Shown piece by piece: positions 49,229 to 60,638 of a DNA stretch of 64,000 nucleotides (position 1 is the stretch's first letter; each line of letters starts with the position of its first letter). This DNA comes from Mesotaenium endlicherianum (Eukaryota): contig WELA01003378.1 in the NCBI GenBank assembly GCA_009602735.1, forward strand, positions 3,712 to 67,711, given 5' to 3'. The notes below the pieces were generated by a model. That model searched no databases, was not told the origin of the DNA, and saw only the letters and a program-made list of their open reading frames with translations. The translations under genes and the position numbers were made by a program.

Positions 49229-50905
49229 ATGGCGCCCACCACACAAAAGGAGGACAGAAAGCGCAAGGCAGAAGAAGCCAGGAGGACAATGGAGCAATAC
49301 CAGAAGGAGCTGGCGGCGACGTCCCTCACCAGGAGAGAACAAGAAAGGGTCCGCAAACAACAAGAGGCGGCAGAAGAGGCACAGAGGAAGAAGGATCAGG
49401 AAGCGGAAAACCTCAGGAAGGCTGAGGAGGAGAGACAGAAGAAACAGCAAGAAGAAGCGGCAGCGGCAGAAGAGGAGAAAAGAAAAAAGATTGAAGCGGA
49501 CAGACAGAAGAGCTTGGCCACTTACAGGTATACTGTGGTGGGTGGCCAAAACTTCGATAACCTGAAGGAAGCATTGCTGGCAGCCCAGGAGATCAACAGG
49601 CTGGAACAGACAACACTGCTACAGAAGGAAGGAGCTACAGCACTGGACAGGTACATCGAGACACACACCGGCGTGGTCCTTTACGAAGATTATGCTAAGA
49701 TGGTGGGCTATACAGCAGAGCAGGCCCGGTATCTCGCAGATGATTCAGAGGACAAGCCGGTCCCCATACCGGGAATAGTGGGAGATCAGAGACTCATCCG
49801 GATGGTGAGCATGCGGCCCGATAGCTTTAAGGATACGGTATTCTACCTCACACTCCTGCCAGCTTACAATGAAGTTGAGAGAAGGAGCTGGGAGTACTTG
49901 GCCAGGGAAGCAGGACAGCAGATGTTCTCTCCCCACTGGTTCCCGTGTAAACTGAGGAAGGCTGAGCACGGACCCCAGTACTACCAGCAGCCAACAGACT
50001 GGAGGTGGATGACCGTCACAAATAAGAAGCAGGAGTGTGACCGAGCCCAACCGGATGACTTCCACTATGGCCTAGACGGCTATCTCATCCTACCACCTCA
50101 CATTGCCCCTTGGGACCCCAGGCTGAATGGATGCCTGAGCAATATGAATGCAGAGACCAAGGAACATAGGAGGAGGGGAAGAGACTACTTCTCTAAGGGA
50201 AAGCATGCCTTTGTCAAATGGGCAAAGAATGCAGGCCGGATAGATATCAGTAGGCTGAAGGCCAAGCAACCTCCAGCGCGCCCTAAGAAAGGGAGGTCGG
50301 TAGACTACTCCATGTCTACTAGGGAGCAGGACGACTTAGTGGACGAGACCCCTACTCTCTCCGAGGAGGAGGATGAGGAGGATGAGGAAGAAGAACAAGG
50401 CAGAGGAGAAGCATCAGCAGCAGGTACTCAGGATACCCAGGGAGAGGCAGTGGCACTTCCTAAAGAACCACGATCAGGTGTGTGGAATGTGATCCCCGTT
50501 ATGGCGACAACTGGACCCCGCGCTCGCTCCCCCAGCCCACCTGCCCAAGCAGGGGAAGAAGCTGATCTGACGGTACTGGGCAGCAGACACAGACAGAAAT
50601 CCCCAGAGGACAGGGGTGCCAGAAGAGGGACACGCGGGTGGGCCAGAGGTATGCCAGCCTCCCCCTCCGCTCAGGGGCATGTACCTCTAGCCAATGTATT
50701 TCAGCATCCTACTGGAATGCCTGTCTATGTGGGAATCAACACCCAAATAGTTGAAGAGCAGGCCACCATCCTCCGTTCTCCCCGAGGGCCAACTTTAGAG
50801 CAAACAGGGTTCTTTAGAAGGCAAGCTGACAGACCTAGAGGGCTGTCCAGATCTAGGTCCAGATCTCCGTCTCCTGATCCTGAAGCACCAGGAACAACCC
50901 CTTAA
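49229..50905 (+). CDS. ORF3 variant 1: intact 558-aa protein of unknown function in the 3' region of the retrotransposon
   Basis: Open frame with ATG right after the acceptor of predicted intron 49125-49227. Basic motif plus E/K/R/Q coiled-coil, Trp-rich core, acidic tract and RS/SP tail; homologous to two other variants in the window. Confidence 0.88.
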   Translation: MAPTTQKEDRKRKAEEARRTMEQYQKELAATSLTRREQERVRKQQEAAEEAQRKKDQEAENLRKAEEERQKKQQEEAAAAEEEKRKKIEADRQKSLATYRYTVVGGQNFDNLKEALLAAQEINRLEQTTLLQKEGATALDRYIETHTGVVLYEDYAKMVGYTAEQARYLADDSEDKPVPIPGIVGDQRLIRMVSMRPDSFKDTVFYLTLLPAYNEVERRSWEYLAREAGQQMFSPHWFPCKLRKAEHGPQYYQQPTDWRWMTVTNKKQECDRAQPDDFHYGLDGYLILPPHIAPWDPRLNGCLSNMNAETKEHRRRGRDYFSKGKHAFVKWAKNAGRIDISRLKAKQPPARPKKGRSVDYSMSTREQDDLVDETPTLSEEEDEEDEEEEQGRGEASAAGTQDTQGEAVALPKEPRSGVWNVIPVMATTGPRARSPSPPAQAGEEADLTVLGSRHRQKSPEDRGARRGTRGWARGMPASPSAQGHVPLANVFQHPTGMPVYVGINTQIVEEQATILRSPRGPTLEQTGFFRRQADRPRGLSRSRSRSPSPDPEAPGTTP

Positions 50906-51003
50906 GGTGACACGCTGAAGAGGCAGTCAGTAAGGGAGGCTGGTCAGGATCAGTTTCTTTATTTAAAGCTTTTGCAGTTTAATGTTGTCGAGGCGACAAC
51001 AAG

Positions 51004-51018
51004 TTAAGTTGGAGGGAT
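51004..51018 (+). promoter_or_regulatory. Polypurine tract
   Basis: TTAAGTTGGAGGGAT directly before the 3' LTR TG; same at 52421-52435 and 25192-25178 (-). Confidence 0.85.
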
Positions 51019-51830
51019 TGTAATGAATCAGTATATTAGTAGATATAATATTCATTTAAATATAATAGTTAATTAAGTTCAGCCTGCTGACCTTTAGTTA
51101 TTAGTCAGTTTGCTAGACTCTAGTTAATAGTCAGTTTGCTGAACTTTACTTAATAGTCAGTCTGCTGGACTTTACATAATTATCAGTTTGCTGACTCAGT
51201 GGAAAGCAGCAGGCTGAAAGTCCATATAAGTCAGCTTGCTGACACATTCTTTGACAGCCAGCTGACTTCCGTACTCGGTAGCAGCNNNNNNNNNNNNNNN
51301 NNNNNNNNNNNNNNNNNNNNNNNNNNNNNNNNNNNNNNNNNNNNNNNNNNNNNNNNNNNNNNNNNNNNNNNNNNNNNNNNNNNNNNNNNNNNNNNNNNNN
51401 NNNNNNNNNNNNNNNNNNNNNNNNNNNNNNNNNNNNNNNNNNNNNNNNNNNNNNNNNNNNNNNNNNNNNNNNNNNNNNNNNNNNNNNNNNNNNNNNNNNN
51501 NNNNNNNNNNNNNNNNNNNNNNNNNNNNNNNNNNNNNNNNNNNNNNNNNNNNNNNNNNNNNNNNNNNNNNNNNNNNNNNNNNNNNNNNNNNNNNNNNNNN
51601 NNNNNNNNNNNNNNNNNNNNNACGCACTGTCTTCTAACCTTGCTTATGTATGAGTTTACTGATTTGCATTATTGATGCTAGTTTACTCTCATTTGACTGA
51701 CGAGTAGTATTCCCTCCTATTGTATTGTCCTTTGCCGTTTAACGAGTTAACGGAAATACCATAAAGATTACTTGCTGATATAAAGATCTTTATTAATTGT
51801 TAATCCTATTTGGTAAGTCGATTCATTTCA

Positions 51831-54800
51831 GATACCCAGGGACAGGCAGTGGCACTTCCTAAAGAACCACGATCAGGTGTGTGGAATGTGATCCCCGTTA
51901 TGGCGATAACTGGACCCCGCGCTCGCTCCCCCAGCCCACCTGCCCAAGCAGGGGAAGAAGCTGATCTGACGGTACTGGGCAGCAGACACAGACAGAAATC
52001 CCCAGAGGACAGGGGTGCCAGAAGAGGGACACGCGGGTGGGCCAGAGGTATGCCAGCCTCCCCCTCCGCTCAGGGGCATGTACCTCTAGCCAATGTATTT
52101 CAGCATCCTACTGGAATGCCTGTCTATGTGGGAATCAACACCCAAGTGGTTGAAGAGCAGGCCACCATCCTCCGTTCTCCTCGAGGGCCAACTTTAGAGC
52201 AAACAGGGCTCTTTAGAAGGCCAGCTGACAGACCTAGAGGGCTGTCCAGATCTAGGTCCAGCTCTCCGTCTCCTGACCCTGAAGCCCCAGGAACAACCCC
52301 TTAAGGTGACACGCTGAAGAGGCAGTCAGTAAGGGAGGCTGGTCAGGTTCAGTTCNAGGTCAAGTTCAGCTACCTTATTTAAAAATTTCTGCAGTTTAAT
52401 GTTGTCGAGGCGACAACAAGTTAAGTTGGAGGGATTGGAATGAATCAGTATATTAGTGGATATAATATTCATTTCAATATAATAGTTAATTAAGTTCAGC
52501 CTGCTGAACTTTAGTTAATAGTCAGTCTGCTGGACTTTACATAATTATCAGTTTAATGACTCAGTCGAAAGCAGCAGGCTGAAAGTCCATATAAGTCAGC
52601 TTGCTGACACATTCTTTGACAGCAAGCTGACTTCCGTACTCGGTAGCAGCGAACTGCCTTGATATGCATCTAAGTGCGATATGCTAGATGAATAGCCAGA
52701 TGACATCCCTATGATGGATGGCTATTCGGGATGATGGGAGATGGCGGTGGATTTGGTTAACCGAGGTCCTACCAACGTGGTTAACTCCCGGGTAGGCGGT
52801 GCCATCGCACTGACCGTTGAACAGTAAACTCATTCCATGTACATATGCTAGGCATTGCTCTCGAGTTCGGCATTCGGAAACGAGGCCAACTCTCTTGTAC
52901 AGCTTATTGAGAGAGATCTGAATCCAAGGCGAGAAGCCATTGATACGCACTGTCTTCTAACCTTGCTTATGTATGAGTTTACTGATTTGCATTCTTGATG
53001 CTAGTTTACTCTCATTTGGCTGACGAGTAGTATTCCCTGCTAGTGCGTTGTCCTTTTGCCGTTAAATAGTTAACGGAAAGTACCACAAAGATTACTTGCT
53101 GATATAAAGATCTTTATTAATTGTTAATCGCCTATTTAGTAAGTCGATTCATTTCATTTATTCACTGCTAGTGTGTTGTCCTTTGCCGTTTAACAAGTTA
53201 ACGGAAAATACCATAAAGATTACTTGCTGATATAAAGATCGGTATTAATTGTTAATTGCCTATTTGGTAAGTCGATTTATTTCAGTGGTATCGGAGCCTT
53301 TATCACAGTCTTCTTTGTATTGTAAGGACAAGGTCTCAAACTAGCAACTCCCGAGACATGAAGAACCAGCATAACGAGAATGTCAAAAACCAGGCAGAAA
53401 GCCTTGTAGCGGGAACCCGTACCTATTCGGAAGCAGTGGCAGATACGACAGCTAGAGAGGCTGCAGATGAGGCAGCTGCTATTGCCGCAGTCGCAGCACA
53501 GCAAGCTGAGGAGGAGAGAGCCAGACTAGAAGCTGAACAATTAGCAAAGGCCGCTGATAATACAAAAAGGAGGGAGGGACAGCCAGCTGACGAGCGCACT
53601 GTTGAAGAACTTATGGCATCAAGGGCCAATGTTCTGAACCCACCTCCTGCTGTACAACTCAATGTACCCCTAGGTCAAATACGTGACCGGCTGAATGCGG
53701 CAGGAATTGCTGCTGTAGGAGCGAGAGGGACTGTTGTGGACACTACTCAGCGAGTAGATGCCAATGCTGCTGCTGCATTTGCTAATCTACCACCCCAGAG
53801 TGTAGACTTGGGAGCATTGTTCGTTCAAATGCAGTCGCAAATGGCGACCATGTATCAGTCCCAACAGGAGAACAAAAGAATCATAATGTCTCTACTGCGG
53901 GACAGAGACCAACAGGGGTCTCAAACCACTAGTGGTGGTGGCCGACGGCCTAGCAAGCCCAAGCTGAAACCTCCCCAGGGATATGATCTTGAGGGAAACA
54001 AAAAATATTACCTGATCAAGTTTCTCGCGGATGTTGAGCACTGGCTGGAGAACTACCCAGAACTGGAAGATTATGAGAAGGTCAGGCACACCGGTGCGCT
54101 ACTGAAAGGCAGTGCCACAGACTGGTGGCTTTACTGGAAAGGAGAGCGTAAGGCTCGGCAACTCGGTGACCCTACGTGGGGAGAGTTTGTCCAGAAGTTG
54201 CATGAGAAGTTTGATGTCATCAACCAGCAGGAGAAAGCTATCTATGCGATGATCTCCCTGACACTGAAGCAGACCACTTCAGTTGCTGAGTTTGCTCAAA
54301 AGTTCCAAGAGAACATGATGAAGCAGCCAGATTTGCCAGAACGGTATAGGATAGCATACTTCAGGTATGGCTTGAAATCCGAGGTCTCTGGTCATTTTGC
54401 TGAGAAAAAGTATGAGAAACTGGCTGACTTGATCCAGGATGCTGACGCCTGGGATCAGCAGCAGTTCAATCACAAGCGCCAGAGTAATGCTTTGGTGTCT
54501 AAGATTGTCAAAAAGCCCCACGGTTCCTACAATGCAGTTGAAGGAGACCAGGCTGAGGATAATCAGGGCGATGAATATGAGTATGAGTACAATGCTATTC
54601 AGTCTAGAGGTAGAGGTGGGTCCTCTCGAGGCGGCTATGGAAGAGGTGGTGGTAGGACTAAGCCGAGACCAGCCTCAGCAAAATCAATTTGCTTTCACTG
54701 CCAGCAGCCAGGTCACTTCAGAGAGCAATGTCCAGTCAAGCACCTTCCTAAGGTCGAGAAAAAAGACCAGCCTTTAAAAGACAACAACAGTCGGTAATCC

Positions 54801-55532
54801 AGTCTACTGGCTGTGAGGATGCTAGAGATAGTGAGTCGTCACTAGCTGCCCTCGTAGCAGGTATTATGGGTCTTGCTGAACTGGATTCACTATGCATGCC
54901 TGACAACCAGATAAAGGAGACCATCAGCAATATAGACATCCAGAGACTGCACACTCTGGATGCTCTTGTTCCACCTAATGTCCAACATTTCTTTGCTACG
55001 TCAGGAGAACAATGCGAAAGTCAAAAAAGACAGTCCCCCCTATCCTACTGCATTACATGATTGCAGGTAGGAAGGTGAGGGCATTTGTTAACGGAGGGGC
55101 GTCACATACTTTTATCCATAAGGACTTAGTTAAGCGGCTAAGGCTGCCTACTGTCACCCAAGGGAATAGAAAAATATTCCTTGGAGATGCCTCAAGTATC
55201 CCGGGAGGAGTTATAACCAGGCCTATTGAGGTCCTGTTAGGTTTTGGCATTGCAGTTCTATTTGAATTACAGTAAAGAACAAGTATGCTTTACCCAAGAT
55301 CGAGGGCTTGCTTGATACCCTGTCTGGTGCTAAGGTGTTCAGTAAGATAGATCTCAAGAGTGGTTATCATCAAATCAGAATTGCTGAGGGGGATGAACAC
55401 AAGACTGCCTTCCGTACACGTTATGGATTCTATGACTTCAACGTGATGCCATTTGGACTGACTAATGCTCCTGCCACCTTCATGGGTGTTATGAATGACA
55501 TTTTCAGACCTTATTTGGAAAAGTTTGTGCAA
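51831..55532 (+). mobile_element. Tandem/rearranged family A segment: ORF3 3' end, PPT, LTR 52436-53156, duplicated LTR end to 53284, PBS, gag (ATG mutated, ends 54797), deleted pol
   Basis: 51831-52304 nearly duplicates 50432-50905. Gag 53358-54797; PR joined directly to mid-RT at ~55262. Confidence 0.92.
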
Positions 55533-55679
55533 GTAAATGAGTCAAGGGGTGTAGATGAGTAAATGGAATTCATTATGAGGGCGAAGATCGCTCCCTGATT
55601 TCACACGCTTCCACCTATCTCTGATCTTATATATTTAAATGAAATATATTAATCTTGAATAAGCAAGATTCATTTGAAT

Positions 55680-58380
55680 TAGTCAGCCCAAAAGGCATGA
55701 CTGTGAATTCAAATAAGCCATAGCGAGTCCTGAAAGCAGTCTTCTGAACGTCTCCTTCCGCAATTCGTACCTGGTGATAGCCACTCCTCAAATCAATCTT
55801 CGAGAAATACTTCGCCCCGACAAGCCTGTCAATCAACTCGTCCACTCGTAGAAGTGGGAACCTGTTTTTGATGGTGACCTTGTTGAGTGCTCGATAGTTG
55901 ACACACATCCTCGTTGTAGTGAAACAGATAGATGAAGTACTTAGTGAAATGTAATACTTTATCTATTCAAGACAAGGATCTTTGAACACAAGTGGTAGCT
56001 TCTTGAAAGAGAGATGGCTTCTTGAAAGTTAATATATGTCTGGAGTTTGGCAAGTACAAGAGTGATTCTGGAATGTCTTTCTATGTTCTAGCTCTTGTTT
56101 ATATACTTGCTACATAAGTAATTTCTAGGAAAGTGTATGTTGATGTGTTGGCACCCAACACATCCCAAAACTTGCCACCTCTTTCTAAAATAATGTACAC
56201 ATGTCCTTTTGACCTAAAAATGGCACATCTTACTTTTGCCACATGGAGTTCTTCTAGGTCTTTCCTCTAACTTCGAAAATGCCTTGGAAGGTTCAAAGGA
56301 CATGAACCAAGTTACTAGAGTACCTATTCACACTTGACTCCACACATTACTACTCCAAATATATTTGAAAACATTAAAATATATGCAAACTAATATATAA
56401 TAACTCAAATCACTACACTCGTAGTCGCATCCTTCTTCTTCACAAATAAGACTGGCGCTGCAACTGGAGACTCGCTGGGTTTGATGAATCCCTTCTCCAA
56501 TAACTCTGTCAGCTGGTTCTTCAACTCATCCAACTCCGCTAACGATTGACGATAAGCGGGTCTCACAGGTGGCTTGCTCCCTGGTTCCAACTCGATCTTG
56601 TGCACCATAGCTCTCTGTGGAGGTAGTCCTGCAGGTAGCTTCTCAGGTAAAACGCACTTGAACTCCTCCAACAGCGCCTTAATTTGGGCAGGCATCTCAG
56701 CAGGCTTCTTCTCTTGAGCAGGTGGGCTCTGCTCCATCTGAGCAAGGGGATCAGACACCACTACTTGCTCCTCCGACGATGTACATTTGCCCAGGCTGTT
56801 AGGATTCACGCTTGCTCCATCTGATGACCTGGCCAGGACCACCGAAACAAGGTACATCTCCTTCACCTGATTCGTCCTGCATAGCTTCTTAACTTGCAGG
56901 CTCGACAGAAGACAGTTACTTATGGTCGTATCTACCTCCACCTGTTTCGCTGTCTCCATTCGACCATCACGCCCTTGGGCTTTCACTTGTCTTGTGCTCC
57001 AGTGCACTTAAGGGTTGGCTTTTCTGAGCCATGGTCGGCCCAATATCACCTCATGGTGACCCAACTCTGCCTGCTCCATAACTTCCTTACTCCGGTGCCC
57101 GCTACTTCCACGTGAATAGCTTCCGTAGGTGCACCACACTTGAGTCTTTGCCCATTCGCCACAATTGCCTCTTTAGGCTCATTATGCTTCGGCACAGGGA
57201 TTTGCCACTCTTTCACCAGCTTCTTGTGCACAAATTTTGCACTTGCGCCACTGTCGACCATACACTTCGCCTTGTTGCCGTCGACCACTCCTTCCACGAT
57301 GATAGGCTTGTCAACGTCTCGTCCTTTGCTTCTCGGCAGGCTCCTGAGGATTACCTCCTTGTGAGTTCTCGTCTTCACGCCAGTAGACACCCCAGAACGA
57401 CTTACTGGCGTCCTCCTTTTTCCTGCTGTTGAGGTTGCTTCGCCTTCAAATGACAGTCTCNCTTCGCCTTCAAATGACAGTCTCAAGCCAGATGTCCAAG
57501 CTTGCCACAATTATAGCAGGGTCCTCTCGGCTTGTAATTCTGCTGCCTGCGCTAGTTCTGAACAAGTCCCAACTCCTTAGGTACTGGACCTTGAACACTC
57601 GTGCTTGGCGCTTGAGGTCCAAAATGTCGATATCCTCCAAAGTTGTGGCTGCCCCACTGCCTCTGACTATACTCCACAGTATCGACCCTTGTTGCCAATG
57701 CCATCATTTCTCCAAGACTGGTTGGGTCCTTGAGCGCCACTTCCTTGGCCACAGTTGGCTTGAGTCCCCTCTTGAACTTGTCCATCATCTCCGACTCATG
57801 CATGGATGGACATTGAAGCACCAGCTTGTTAAAGCGCGAAACATACTCCTGAACTCTTGCTCGTTGACGAAGGCGCACCAATAGATCTCGAGCGGTAGCC
57901 TCGTGTGCAATAGGTTGAAATTGCCTCTTCAAGCCTTCAAATAGCTGATCAACAATAGCTGGAACTCCAGACAGCTGCTCCTGTCGCTCATACCAAGCTC
58001 CAGCACCCTTCTGCAGCAAAGTTATGACAAAGGCGACTTGCCTGTCTCGCGTGAGCGCAGAATACTCTATAAACTTCTTCACTCCAAAAATCCATCGATG
58101 AACAGGCGGCGATCCACGCTCTCCAGTATACACTTCAGGCTTAGGCGCACGCACTCCCGATGCGGGTGGAATAACTGGTTGCACCACTGGGTTAACATGA
58201 ATTGGTGGTACAACAGGTGCAGGTGCCGAACTCGTCGAAGCGGCATTCCCAACAACAACTCGCACCATTCTCTCCACTTCCTGGCGCATATTTTGTTGAA
58301 ACTATGTGTAGACTTCTTCTCCAATTGCGTTTGCCATCTGCCTCAACATCGCCTGCATCTCTTGTTGTTCCCTTGACAAA
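55680..58380 (-). mobile_element. Second Ty3/gypsy family (B), truncated degenerate gag-PR-RT
   Basis: Gag 58289-57552 (PKPEVYTGER..LRQ..KFKRGLK), CYNCGKLGHLA*DC knuckle, [47 protein letters not shown]. Confidence 0.92.
55915..56417. mobile_element. Solo LTR of a third family, 503 bp, TSD CTCGT
   Basis: TGTAGTGA...TCACTACA perfect 8-bp terminal inverted repeat; CTCGT at 55910-55914 and 56418-56422; inserted in the family B RT. Confidence 0.95.
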
Positions 58381-59159
58381 TGTAATGAATCAGTATATTA
58401 GTAGATCTAATATTCATTTAAATATAATAGTTAATTTAGTTCAGCCTGCTGAACTTTAGTTAGTAGTCAGTCTGCTGAACTTTAGTTAATAATCAGTCTG
58501 CTGGACTTTACATAATTATCAGTTTAATGACTCGGCCAAAAGCAGCAGGCTGAAGTCAACTTAAGTCAGCTTGCTGACACATTCTTTGACAGCCAGCTGA
58601 CTTCCGTGCTCGGTAGCAGCGAACTGCCTTGATATGCATCTAAGTACCACCTGCTAGATGAATGGCCAGATGACATCCCCATGATGGATGGCTATTCGGG
58701 ATGATGGGAGATGGCGGTGGATTTGGTTAACCGAGGTCCTACCAACGTGGTTAACTCCCGGGTAGGCGGTGCCATCGCACTGACCGTTGAACAGTAAACT
58801 CATTCCATGTACATATGCTAGGCATTGCTCTCGAGTTCGGCATTCGGAAACGAGGCCAACTCTCTTGTACAGCTTACTGAGAGAGCTCTGAATCCAAGGC
58901 GAGAAGCCATTGATACGCACTGTCTTCTAACCTTGCTTATGTATGAGTTTACTGATTTGCATCATTGATGCTAGTTTACTCGCATTTGACTTACGAGTAT
59001 TATTCCCTGCTAGTGTATTGTCCTTTGCCGTTTAACTAGTTAACGGAAATACCATAAAGATTACTTGCTGATATAAAGATCTTTATTAATTGTTAATCGC
59101 CTATTTGGTAAGTCGATTCATTTCAGTGGTATCGGAGCAGTTATCACAGTCTTCTTTGT

Positions 59160-60638
59160 ATGGTAAGGACAAGGTCTCAAACTAGCAACTCCCGAGACAT
59201 GGAGAACCAGGATAACGAGAATGTCGAAAACCAGGCGGAAAGCCATGTAGCGGGAAACCGTACCTATTCGGAAGCAGTAGCGGATACTGCAGCTAGGGAG
59301 GCTGCAGATGAGGCAGCTGCTATTGCCTCAGTCGCAGCTCAGCAAGCTGAGGAGGAGATAGCCAGACTAGAAGCTGAACAAGTAGCAAAGGCCGCTGAAG
59401 ATATACAAAGGAGGGAAGGACAGCCAGCTGACGAGCGCACTGTTGAAGAACTTATGGCATCAAGGGCCAATGTTCTGAACCCACCTCCTGCCGTACAACT
59501 CAATGTACCCCTAGGTCAAATACGTGACCGGCTGAATGCGGCAGGAATTGCTGCTGCAGGAGCAAGAGGGATTGTTGAGGACACTACTCAGCGAGTAGAT
59601 GCCAATGCTGCTGCTGCATTTGCTAATCTACCACCCCAAAATGTAGACTTGGGAGCATTGTTCGTTCAGATGCAGTCGCAAATGGCGACCATGTATCAGT
59701 CCCAGCAGGAGGACAAAAGAATCATAATGTCCCTACTCCGGGACAGAGACCAACTGGGGTCTCACACCACTAGTGGTGGTGGCCGAGGGCCTAGTAAGCC
59801 CAAGCCGAAACCTCCCCAGGACTATGATCCTGAGGGAAACAGAAAATATTACCTGATCAAGTTTCTCGCGGATGTTGAGCAGTGGCTGGAGAACTACCCA
59901 GAACTGCAAGATTACGAGAAGGTCAGGCACACCGGTGCGCTACTGAAAGGCAGTGCCGCAGACTGGTGGCTTTACTGGAAGGAAGAGCGTAAGGCTCGGC
60001 AACTCGGTGACCCTACGTGGGTAGAGTTTGTCGAGAAGTTGCATGAGAAGTTTGATGTCATCAACCAGCAGGAGAAAGCTATCTATGCGATGATCTCCCT
60101 GACACTGAAGCAGACCACTTCAGTTGCTGAGTTTGCTCAAAAGTTCCAAGAGAACATGATGAAGCAGCCTGATTTGCCAGAACGGTATAGGATAGCATAC
60201 TTCAGGTATGGCTTGAAATCCGAGGTCTCTGGTCATTTTGCTGAGAAAAAGTATGAGAAACTGGCTGACTTGATCCAGGATGCTGACGCCTGGGATCAGC
60301 AGCAGTTCAATCACAAGCGCCAGAGTAACGCTTTGGTGTCTAAGATTGTCAAAAAGCCCCACGGTTCCTACAATGCAGTTGAAGGAGACCAGGCTGAGGA
60401 TAATCAGGGTGATGAATATGAGTATGAGTACAATGCTATTCAGTCTAGAGGTAGAGGTGGTCCCTCTCGAGGTGGCTATGGAAGGGGTGGTGGTAGGACT
60501 AAGCCGAGACCAGCCTCAGCAAAATCTACTTGCTACCATTGTCAGCAGAAAGGCCACTACAGAGAACAGTGTCCGGTCAAGCACCTGCCTAAGGTCGAGA
60601 GAAAAGACCAGCCTTTAAAAGACAGCAACAGTCAGTAA
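59160..60638 (+). CDS. gag: Gag (492 aa), same protein as 43673-45151
   Basis: Identical translation in the ORF track. Confidence 0.95.
   Translation: MVRTRSQTSNSRDMENQDNENVENQAESHVAGNRTYSEAVADTAAREAADEAAAIASVAAQQAEEEIARLEAEQVAKAAEDIQRREGQPADERTVEELMASRANVLNPPPAVQLNVPLGQIRDRLNAAGIAAAGARGIVEDTTQRVDANAAAAFANLPPQNVDLGALFVQMQSQMATMYQSQQEDKRIIMSLLRDRDQLGSHTTSGGGRGPSKPKPKPPQDYDPEGNRKYYLIKFLADVEQWLENYPELQDYEKVRHTGALLKGSAADWWLYWKEERKARQLGDPTWVEFVEKLHEKFDVINQQEKAIYAMISLTLKQTTSVAEFAQKFQENMMKQPDLPERYRIAYFRYGLKSEVSGHFAEKKYEKLADLIQDADAWDQQQFNHKRQSNALVSKIVKKPHGSYNAVEGDQAEDNQGDEYEYEYNAIQSRGRGGPSRGGYGRGGGRTKPRPASAKSTCYHCQQKGHYREQCPVKHLPKVERKDQPLKDSNSQ

Larger units (their letters stand above)
42919..51830 (+). 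mobile_element. Near-intact Ty3/gypsy chromovirus, family A: LTR-gag-pol-ORF3-LTR
   Basis: 5' LTR 42919-43638, PBS 43640-43651, gag, pol, ORF3, PPT 51004-51018, 3' LTR 51019-51830. No matching TSD (AAACG vs GATAC). Confidence 0.95.

Noticed and set aside
49229..50905. ORF3 as an envelope gene
   Set aside because: The position fits env, but no signal peptide or transmembrane stretch is visible and the protein is highly charged.
57438..57484. 23-bp direct repeat around a single N
   Set aside because: Typical contig-overlap artefact; a similar one is at 52356.
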